In this document: piece after piece, positions 14,174-24,051 of the stretch
How positions within the stretch are numbered: position 1 is the first letter of the stretch
Layout of the letters: each line of letters starts with the position of its first letter
Assembly (NCBI GenBank): GCA_910592345.1
Contig: CAJVPI010000230.1
Coordinates: 1 to 40,783 of the forward strand
Direction of reading: 5' to 3'
DNA from: Paraglomus brasilianum
Taxonomy: Eukaryota
Length of the DNA stretch: 40,783 nucleotides
Notes under the pieces: model-generated
Databases searched by the model: none
Told to the model about the DNA's origin: nothing
What the model saw: the letters and a program-made list of their open reading frames with translations, nothing else
Made by a program: the position numbers and the translations under genes

Positions 14174-14219
14174 TATATTATACTATTACATACTATTATA
14201 TACTATTATACTATTATAT
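14174..14219. repeat. Short tandem repeat, TACTATTATA-like unit, about 4-5 copies
   Basis: tactattaca tactattata tactattata ctattatat, upstream of the kinase-STAS gene. Confidence 0.7.
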
Positions 14220-14670
14220 GCTCTACATACTCTCGCTTCCTCATCTTCTCATCTTGCATATAGTTTATACAATACTACATTCATTCTTATGTACAGAGAA
14301 CAATGTTCTACGCATATCCATAGTCTGCCATTATTAGATTACTTTTTTTCCTCCGCTTGTGTTTCGCAAATACGCTTATCTTGCAGCATCCTAAAACTTA
14401 CACTAAAATAACTACTAAGCCTCCGGTTGTACAGTGGCGTAATAACATATTTTTGTAACAAATTCATCCTCCTTCCCATCACCACATAAATACCCCAACC
14501 TTAAGGTCTGAAAAATCTCACGACCAGTCACTTACCCCACAAAAACACAAAAAAGAAGAAGTCGGTTTTGAAGATTTTCATAGAACAAACGAATACCATC
14601 ACGAGAATTGAAAGGTCTATATAATCCTAACGAAGAAACACTCAACGATTAACATACCGATAACTCAACA

Positions 14671-16278
14671 ATGGCACCAGCACCAGCAACAAAAAACATC
14701 CCCATCGTATTAGAAGCGGTAAACCAAGTAACAAACTGTGTCAGCCAACTTCCATACAATGAAGGATTCGATGAACGCGACGTTGTCGAAATCTCAGTGA
14801 CCACCGCTCCCAAGGCCAGAATAGAAATTGCAACAGTCTCTGCAATCATTCAGTTTTCATGCAATCTTGTTCTCTCGAAAGCTGTATACGATGTCCGAAT
14901 AGAATTTCCTCGTATGAAACTACCATTTGCGTGGACCAATAGATCCATCCGCGACGTACTCTACGCTCCTAACGACAACCCAATTGCCCTCGAAGTGGTG
15001 AGCGATGACTGCCGTCTCACGGTCTTTAAGAATAACGATGACGCTTGCAGAGACGAATGGTATGATGCAATCAAGCATTGGCACACTAATTTGCCGCCGA
15101 GATTTCACTTGTTGTTGAACGAACTTGTGGAGAATGTATCCGCCCATGCGCAGCTTCCAGAAGACAGGTTCTGTTTCACTGTTGGATTACATTTTTACAA
15201 AAAGAAGGTAATAATGAATTTCATTAGGGGTCTTGTTACCTGCCATTGCATGTGAATACTCAGCATTGGTATATTCGACCTGCATTAATCCCGTACATTT
15301 CAAACGAATAGCATGTCGATGATCGGCTGATACTAACACTTTTCATTTCCTTTTCTCTTTCCCGCCCACCTCCCTTTCCCCCCTTTTTTCCCCACCATCG
15401 ATTAGCTCTGCTATTGTGTTGCCGATTGCGGTGTCGGTCTACATGGGTCGCTCCAACAAGGAATCGTAGAGGACGCTAAAGCCGCTGCCCGTCGTGCTTG
15501 TGCTCTCTATTTGACACGCCCTCAAGTTACCTCCAAGGGTATCGAGAGAGGACATCAAGGTGTTGGCCTCTTTATCACAAGCGAATTATCTCAAATGAAC
15601 AAAGGCTACGTCCAAATACTCTCCGGTTTACAAGAATACGAGCAAAGAGGTGAGCATAACTATAATCATATACTTTTGATAGTATAAAAAAAGTTCATAT
15701 GACGATCAACCAGCAATGCTACTAAATAGGCTGGATTTTCATGTGTAACTTTGTTCTTTATCACCAATATCACACCCCCCCCCCGACTGTGCCTATATTA
15801 ATCTCTCTTTTTGTATTTTTGTATAATAATAGATACCACTGTTGTACGTGTCAGGGGTATTGCTGAATGGAAAGGCACTATGGTCCATGGTGCGATCAAC
15901 TTGGACCAAGAGTTTAATTATCGGCGAGCCATGAAATTATTTTCCAACCCAAATGACCTCAACAACGACCGATTTCTCGTTGCTTCGGTGCATCTCAACG
16001 TATATGGCCAGAAGAACCTTCGCACTCGTGAATTATGTGAAGAAATCATCCGCGATCTGGAAGCAGCTGTTGAAAGATCAACCAAAATAATCCTCGACTT
16101 TACAGATATCGAAGAAATCTCACAGGCTTTCTCTGGTTTTCTTCGCCGATTTGTTACGAATCACTCTAAAGTACGAATGATGATTATGATTCCACCCAAT
16201 GCTAATGAAGACTTACGAGAGGATCTACAAGACTTGAGCGATCTAGCAGCACAGAACAAATCAGATGACGAGGAATAA
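14671..16278 (+). CDS. Bacterial-type GHKL/HATPase_c (anti-sigma-factor-like kinase) fused to a C-terminal STAS-like (DUF4325-like) domain; 3 exons, 408 aa
   Basis: Exons 14671-15207, 15406-15649, 15833-16278 total 1227 nt in frame. Bergerat-fold boxes: N box LLNELVENVSAHA, G1 VADCGVG, lid TRPQVTSKG, G2 GHQGVGLF, G3 WKGT. The C-terminal GQKNLRTRELCEEII...IILDFTDIEEISQAF matches the STAS-like DUF4325 pattern (xLxxR...LDFxxVxxxxxxF). Confidence 0.82.
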
Positions 16279-16569
16279 TGTTTTTAATTATCTATATTTG
16301 ATTATCATATACTATTCTTATCATTTTTTCTTTTTGTATATTCATATTATTCCTATTAGACTCATTGATTAGAAAATAACAGTTTAATATTCGAATATTT
16401 TATATAGAACGGTTGATTACTTTATAGAGTAGCAATCCAAAAAAATTTTCCTTTCATCTCACTACTTTCGCATTGTAAATGCCATAATCGAATAAAAACC
16501 CTTATATATTAAATAAATATTATTACAACTAAATTGTAATAGAAACCAAGCATAGACAACGTCAAATCA

Positions 16570-17037
16570 TTAAGTTTCAATACTTCGAGTCTGTATACCA
16601 GCAATACCCATTCCACGTATCAATCCCACAATATAGATCTCTGTTGTACTATAAAGTCTCCCCTTCACTTTATACACTTGCACATTATCACTTCCAAACA
16701 ACTCTTCCATAGTTTGTTCCAGTTTCTTATATTTTTCTTGTTGTCCATATGGATCGTGGTCAGATATCGTTAAAGGAGCAAAGAATTGATCCTTGTCTAC
16801 ACGTTCTGTCTTTATTTCTTCCTGAGCATGTGAAGAATCAAGATTCGTTGTTAAATCAGCGAATAGCTCTGCTGACTCGGGTAGGCGTTCGAGTTCCTTG
16901 TTCTCAAAGAACACAAATTCAAGTGGTTCGTCTCCCTCAGAGACGTAATACAAATCAGACGACGCTGCAACAAGTTTATCCTTAACCTGCAGCAAATCGA
17001 TCGGGCGTGCGCTAGAGCTATCGGACGGGTTGCCCAT
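16570..17037 (-). CDS. nuiA: Nuclease A inhibitor-like protein (NuiA family), intronless, 155 aa
   Basis: Aligns by eye along its whole length with Anabaena NuiA: LVAASSDLYYVSEGDEPLEFV vs LKQASDGLLFMSESEYPFEVF; VDKDQFF vs VDIDSFF; KYKKL vs KFQKL; VQVYKV vs PQVYRL; EIYIVG...GIAGIQTRSIET* vs DVYVIG...NLAGISTKVVET*. Confidence 0.88.
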   Translation of the reverse strand: MGNPSDSSSARPIDLLQVKDKLVAASSDLYYVSEGDEPLEFVFFENKELERLPESAELFADLTTNLDSSHAQEEIKTERVDKDQFFAPLTISDHDPYGQQEKYKKLEQTMEELFGSDNVQVYKVKGRLYSTTEIYIVGLIRGMGIAGIQTRSIET

Positions 17038-17260
17038 CGTTCTTGGAAGAAATATGTAGAGATCGCCGTGGCGTAAATGCCAATTTATGGTGTGGAAATG
17101 ACGTTTAAGTCACTTGACCAAACCTATTTCATATCGATATTCTTATACATAGTAATAGGTATTTCTCAATAGTAACCAGAACCTGATTCGATTGGCCAAA
17201 TGGAAGTTCGTTTGATCGCTTAGTTAATTGAACGATTGATGCAAAAGCAATCGCTGGGCT

Positions 17261-17870
17261 ATGAACGAACTTAAAGACTTATCTCAACACCTGCTCGATT
17301 ATAACAGACAAACTTTTGAGAAAATTGTGCAAGATATAGAAGTAAAATACAGGGAGCGGGTTAATGTAAATAAGAAAATGTGATGCGAAGTTGAGAATCT
17401 GAAGACGCAAGTGCAGGAGGCGGGAAAAATTATCGCATCCATGAAATCAGATTCTACGCATTGTGAAGGTATATTTCAGGCGAATTATGAATTTGCGCAA
17501 ATAGCTAGCTATTCGGCGAAACATCTTCACGCGAGATATTCAATAATCATTAGTATTTTTGCACAATTATTTGGTAGGGATTAAAAACAGTATTTTATTG
17601 CATTATTGGTCTTTTTTTTTTTTTTTAATAAATTAATACACAAGAAGATCTATTATAACTTATGAATGCAGCATGGAAGATAGTGAAAGTAGTGCAACTA
17701 GTCATTCTGTCAATAATGCGTCTACTACTATTAGCGATGAATTCTCTCCTCATATCAAGTATTATAACATGCGCAGTAAACTGTTACGTGAATTAAAACA
17801 AATTATCCCAGAGGCATCCATCATCACGAGTGAGCGAATGGAATAAGCGGCAGTTCAGGCTTGTGCGCAG
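17261..17870 (+). pseudogene. Degraded remnants of hypothetical, partly coiled-coil protein gene(s)
   Basis: Protein-like frames are interrupted by stops: MNELKDLSQHLLDYNRQTFEKIVQDIEVKYRERVNVNKKM*CEVENLKTQVQE, and MRSKLLRELKQIIPEASIITSERME*AAVQACAQ followed by a GT donor at 17871. Family not recognised. Confidence 0.4.
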
Positions 17871-18209
17871 GTATCATTTATACTAGGTTAATATACCAAC
17901 ATTAATGTTATTGTCTTGCTCGAATACGGATGAGACCAACGCGATGACTCTTCATATTTTTCAAAAAAAGCTCATTAAGCAGTTTGTAAGAAAGCTCAAC
18001 AATTTGATCAATGAACTCTTTGTAAAAGCCTTGCATATTATTCTAATTCAAATTGTAAGAGAGGATACGCGAAACAAATTCGATTCAAAAGTCTAACATT
18101 CCGTCACAGTCGAAAGAGTGGTTTTCTGTTATCTCACTCTGCTGATGGCACAAATAGATTAACGCAATCAATTTCCACGTCAATTTAGATAGGTTGTTGT
18201 TGTTTTTTA

Positions 18210-19550
18210 CTGAAAACAAAGAGTCGAAATAAAGAAGCAGAATAGTATCGGGACAAAGAAAGAGACTACTAAATTTAATACGTCTTTAAGTGCAGATTGA
18301 AGGTCAATTTATTTGATTATTATTATATTATATATCCGTAAAGTGATAATGCTTTCAACTTACCTTTTTTCTGTCTTTTACTCTTTTTCTTTTCTTTTCT
18401 TTTCTTTTCTTTTTGATTGTTATAATTTACTATTACTACTACTATTAAGATTAAAACTAATATTATATGAATTAAATACAGTATGTTACATGGTAAATCT
18501 ATACGTCACAGATTAATATAATACAAGTAGAAAAGGGTGGATAATAATCGAATGACTATTGCTCCAAACCGGCATCCCAAGCGGCAAACTCACCTTTCAT
18601 CTCTAACCGGCTTCAGAGACAGATCCTTCACAAGTAGCTAAGTAATCACCGAATCAGTCCCTCAAACCCGTCCACCTCCCCAAGTGTCCCATTGGATCCG
18701 GTCACCGGCAAACCGTCAGTGAAAAAAAAAAAAGGGGAGAGAAGAAAAAAAGAAAATAATAGAGTTAGTTTATAACGTAAAACAATGCCATACTTACCTT
18801 ATACTTACCCAAAACCTTCTCCCCGTCATCTAAAGCTGTGTAAAAAGAAAGAAAGAAAAAGGAGATGTCTCAGAGTGTTCCGGGCATCCCCCGTGACCCA
18901 CTCATCGGACCCGTGCCAGATCGCTTCACCGCCGGCGAGCACTGGGGACAATGGCGAGTAGAGAGGCATCACCGGTAACTACCCACCACCCGATCCAGAT
19001 CCGCCCATCCACCAGCAGAAACGAAGGAGAGCAGCCACCTAGTGAACCGATTAAAAGCATATTTTTTAGTCAGCGATTATTATCCGCCCATTTACCTATT
19101 TCTGTCGTCTGAACTTTCCAATATACGACAAATAGAATTAATCACATGAGAAAGGTAGTTTCTTAAGAAAGTTGTCGTGGATAAGTAAACGTCGGTATAA
19201 ATATTACGTATATAAAGTCGCTTTGACATAGTAATATATATAGTAGGTTATCACTGGATAAAAGTAAACAGAGAGTGTTATACGAAATATTTTCTTAGGT
19301 ACCTAATCATGCGCTTTTGATCTACTTTCCCATTCACCCTTCTACTTACCTCGTCCTATTCGTTGATGTCGGGGCTTCTGGCACCGGCGTATTAGATCGC
19401 TTGGGTATTGAGCTTAGACCTTGTCGCTTTTTCTAATACAGCATTTATTGTATTTCTTCTCTCTATTTTGTTTCTTTGTCATCCAGTAGTGAAAATTTCT
19501 TTGATAGTGTGCAGTCCGTCAAAACATTGAGAGCGTAAACAGCGCCCATG
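18210..19550 (-). ncRNA. Candidate spliced non-coding transcript containing two GC/GU-rich structured RNA domains (family unrecognised)
   Basis: Strong minus-strand donors (GAG|GTAAGT at 19349; GTAAGTAT at 18808 and 18797; AAG|GTAAGT near 18363), polypyrimidine acceptors, and no convincing ORF. Long helices with G-U pairs lie at 19039-18861 and 18718-18553. Confidence 0.5.
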
Positions 19551-20795
19551 CGTTTTGAGGTGTGTCCAAATTCCTGCGGTTTTCGGATTGATGTTGGTGA
19601 ATACGCCGAGTGGACTTGGCGCGCGCCGATAGAAAGTTTATACAGTCAAAACCGGTCCGAGTATAGAGTTAAAGTAGTGGGAAGAGCAAGATTATGTGTC
19701 GAAAACTTTTCGAAATCTAATTAATATAATAGATATAATAATAATTATTGGTTATTTCATGACGCGATTATTAAATTTAGTGAAGCGAGAAGATATGTTT
19801 GTTGAAAAGACGTCGAAATCTGAACAAATTAATAAACGTACGTATAATACAAGTTTCCCCAAACTTCTTTATTATTCACTCGGTGTGGTAAGAAGCAGAT
19901 TTGTGTTGTGTGCCATACGTTAGTGTGGAGGGGCAGAATGTTCGCCCTTGTGCAAACTCTTTTCGTTGGTTATGTGGTTGGTAAACCGTGTCGACGTTGA
20001 GTGTTAAGAGTCCGTTGTTTGAGACTCGTTCGTGAGCGTAACATGGCGTGGCAGCAAAGGTATATTCGTTGTATATTTAAATAATGTTGGGTTTGTGCTT
20101 TGGGAGAGAAGAGGTTGTTGTGAAGCGATACATGTGCAATGGAGAAAAGCGTCCTGATATATATATATGAGTAGACGCGTATTCGCGTGTTAGATGATAA
20201 TATTAGTACTACTTGATATTGTTAATGTTGTTATTTATGCAATAGGGAGTGTGAAAGACTACTGTTAACCAATAGAAAGCATAAATGATATCGACATCTG
20301 TCTAATATAACACATCATGACATCATATAGCGGCGAATTCCGTATTGTCACGATTGTTTCCGTAAAAGAGAACAATAGTATTAGTGTAGCGTTTTAGAAC
20401 ACACGTGGTAAAATAATTTTCATTGGTTATTAAGTCGTAAATCACGCGTATAATTTTAATTAAACTGATCTCTATGATAGTAGATAATCTCGGCAGTATT
20501 ATATTAACATGGCCTTGTAATACAGCGAAAACTTACATAATAATCGTAAATTATCACTTTATTATTTTATCGAATAGACCATTCTATTGAATTAAACACA
20601 ACCCATTAAATCAAAATTTTGATATTAGCTGCGTGGACGTGAGATAACGTAAGATCAACACAATTCAAACAGTTGGAAGAAAACCACAATCCAACGCGAA
20701 TATTAATGATAAATAAATGTATTTTTTAAATTAATAATTATGAAGACAAAAAAGTTGCCGACAATATATTGACCAATTGCTTATTTAAATTAATA

Positions 20796-23057
20796 ATGAG
20801 TTTAGTCCTCAGGAAATACCCATTAATTGAAAGAGAGTTGACACCAGATAAACCTCGATAAGCCCGAAGAACGGCTTCCTATTGTCACAAGCGGTAAAGC
20901 AGTTCACGAATTACTAATTATGTTGGTCATCAAAATGACAGGCATTTTGGATTCCTTTCTACGAGGAAACAATTAAATATTTAATCTAAACAATTGTTTA
21001 TAAAGAAATTATTGCTTAATGTAATGATGTTTCATGTGACTCAAATACAGTATAACGGATTTCGATCAAATGACGGAATTGTTAACCAATTTTTATTCAG
21101 TGGTGAAAATTATTTTACGATTCTTAGGTTTATAGAGAAAACCAAAGACGTAGAGCGTGCATAGCCGTAATGCATTACGCTGACAATGGTTGCTAACTTT
21201 ATACTTGTCCAACAAACAAAAGCTTTTGTCGATATTATGCCATCGAATTCTTTGACTTGAACGATGTCATCTGTTTTAGGGGCTCGTACAATAATAGACG
21301 GCACCTCTTTAGCGGCTGAATATTATGAACTTAATGCGGAAATCACTGACATAAGTCAAGCCGAATTGACTGCGCTATTTGCAAACAAATGTTTCATGGC
21401 GGTAGCATTGAAGAAACGATGATAGTGATGCTGTTACTTGGAAGCGAGGAAATATGTACACCAACTCATATGAGAGAAGTTGCTAGAATATACTCTCTTT
21501 CAACACGCAAGCACAACAATGATGCCAGTCAGTTTAGAAGATTTTCCACATGGCTTAGACATCGCTACAAGGATTCACCAAGCATGAAGATAACTATTAT
21601 CTGGTTGCTCGTAAGCGCTTTTATCATTATTATTTTCTATATGGATTCTGCTCTGCATGTGGAATACTCCGATGTGGACATAAAAAATTATCCAATGGAT
21701 AGACTAGCAACAATAAACGACTCGACGAGTTTATTAAGAAATCTCAAATACAAACGAACTCAGCAAACGATTAGAGTGATTGTATTGATAATAAGGGATA
21801 TCGTGTATACTTAAATAATAGTCTATCTATTACTACTTATCTTGGAGTAAAATGGATTCCACTTGACATAACAGATGAGACGGACGAGTCATATTACTAT
21901 TCGTCATGAATATATCGTGTTTATCGATTGTTTAGATAATTTTTGATTTTGTGTATAATTTTTATAGTTATGTGATGAGCATCAAGATATTCTTACCACA
22001 GATGTTTGGGTGACCATTGGATTTACATATGATGCAAGTGAATAGAAGTATTATATAAAAGAACGAGATAAGATTGGAGTATGTCTGGCATGTACGCGTC
22101 GATTAGAACCTAAGATAAATATATTCTGTTATCGTTGTAAAGCACCAAGGTCTCCCGATTGGACTACGGGCAATAAATCTTTGGATTCGTTTATTATGGA
22201 ATCGTGGCGTAATGCGAAGAATAAACATAATGCCTATATACAATGGATAGAGTACCCTCTATTGACAAACGTACGAGATATGACACCATTACACACATAT
22301 GGCAGAATTTTTAGAACCGATAACAAATGAATGGACAAGAGTAATGCTCAGACAGATAGAGCTCGGTTATTTGATTTTTATCAGGTAAATTATTTCAACT
22401 CAAATATAAATAGAATTACTTGCGTCCGCGCACGTTGATTGATTTTTTATAACGACTGTATTAATAGTTAACCAAGGAATATCCGGAGATATTAACACCA
22501 GAAAATATTTGGATCATTGGTATCACTCAAAGCCATCTACTCGAAAATATTGTTTGGTATTCTACTACGAAGCGCGGATTAATGGAGATGTTAAGTATAT
22601 GCAGCATGCGGATTTTGCTGAAATCAATGAGATTGGATCTGGTGGTTATGGAACAGTCTATACTGCCAGATATAAAGGCAAATCAAAACTTATTGTCCTC
22701 AAACGCTTTAAAAATTTTGATGAGACACCGGAATTGTTTATTTCCGAAGTAAGCAATCTTTGGTATTAAATTTAATCTAACTCTGTATTTATTTTTTTTT
22801 TATTTAATAGTTCAGACATCACACCAAGTGCGCGCGTTATGGTTTTTCTTGAAATTTATGGAATCATGCAAGATCCAGAAACAAGGGGGTACATGATTGT
22901 TATGCAATATGCTAATAACGGCAACATTTTGTCTTACTTGGATCAAAATATCAACAAATTGATGTGGAAGATGAAACTAGAGTGTTTGAAAGATATTGCA
23001 CAGCATCTGTATTTTATTCACTATGCGGGATTTGTGCATTGCGATCTTCATGGTGGA
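20796..23057 (+). pseudogene. Degraded, 3'-truncated tyrosine-kinase-like protein kinase of the family expanded in Glomeromycotina
   Basis: Two family-typical N-terminal motifs, CGHKKLSNG*TSNNKRLDEFIKKSQ (TAG 21700-21702 where Trp is expected) and WTTGNKSLDSFIMESW...YIQWIEY. Kinase core EIGSGGYGTVY, IVLKRFK, IYGIMQDPET...MQYANNG and FVHCDLHGG. Several in-frame stops (e.g. 22043-22045) and no DFG/APE region. The 5' boundary is approximate. Confidence 0.8.
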
Positions 23058-24051
23058 GTGTCTGTGAAGACTAATGTTATGGCATATATTCCTCCCCTAA
23101 TTTCTGCGTAACACCGATGGTAGCACAGGAGAATTCGATTATCGTGTCGCAATCCTCGAACTTCAGCACTTTCGAATAAGTAGATTTTCCATATGTTATT
23201 CCCCGTTTTCTGCAACAGAAGGTTTACCTCCCTAAGTGATTTACATCTTGTAGCAACTACTGATGACAATTTTCGAACGCACAATATTATTATCCTAGTT
23301 GCGTAAAGAAATCTTGTTTTTCTCATTTTACAATATCTTTGAAACTAACAGAAGGATTTGATGATATCATTCTTTTCTTTAGTGAGAGAGAATAATAGTA
23401 ATAAATATCGACAGTTAGTGCTTTTGAGGCATTAAAAAGATTGGAATGTTTTTAATTTAACAAAATAAAAAAAAAGCCGAAAGTTATTTAAAAGCTGTTA
23501 AACTTTATACGTAACTTGGCCAAAATTATATAAGAATTATTATTATTTTCAATAGCTGTTATTATTATAATACATACAGTAATAGTAAGAGATGTAAATT
23601 GTTAAAATTTCTTTCCTATGGAAAATTTTAGTTGTTTGGTTAAACTTTTAAATATATCCTGGGGAAAAGCCCAACTTTGAATTGACGAAGAGAGAATTAA
23701 TAACAGTTATTATATTTATTATTCATGATAATAATGATAGCTTTGGGACTAGGTACAATCCTTTGTTTAGTATTTATATATTCAAGAGCAGCGCACAAAA
23801 AAAATTGTATCAAGTAGCGAATGCAAAGCCTTTGTTATGCAATTGTTCCGAAATCGGCCAGTTCGAAATAAGCAATTTATTTCGATAGATTGTTTATGAC
23901 GTAGACGATTGTCGTTAAACTCGCAAAATTGTAAACAATTGAATGTAGGTCACGCAAAAGGATGAGAATTTTTTGATGTATGACAAGCCTCCGCCAACAA
24001 GTAGTTTATATTAATATATTAATATGTATACATTATTCTGTAAACGATGCC

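Noticed and set aside
18790..18811. ATACTTACC twice on the plus strand, resembling the U1 snRNA 5' end
   Set aside because: No U1 stem-loop I (GATCACGAAG), loop II (TTGCAC) or Sm site follows. It is better explained as the complement of two minus-strand splice donors.
18865..18900. TPP riboswitch (GGGG...CUGAGA)
   Set aside because: The downstream GAUC/UAAU/CG-AGG elements do not follow in the required order.
18861..18935. U3-like arrangement (GUGAAG-hairpin-GAUGA-hairpin-CUGA) on the minus strand
   Set aside because: U3 boxes A and A' (GGAUCAUUUCUAUAG, UACUU) are absent and the C box is imperfect.
18210..19550. Telomerase RNA
   Set aside because: No template complementary to TTAGGG (CUAACCCU-type) was found on the minus strand, and the small hairpin loop lacks the P6.1 U/G signature.
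21389..21814. 141-aa ORF with a hydrophobic stretch
   Set aside because: It overlaps the kinase pseudogene. The family motif (TSNNKRLDEFIKKSQ) is in a different frame.
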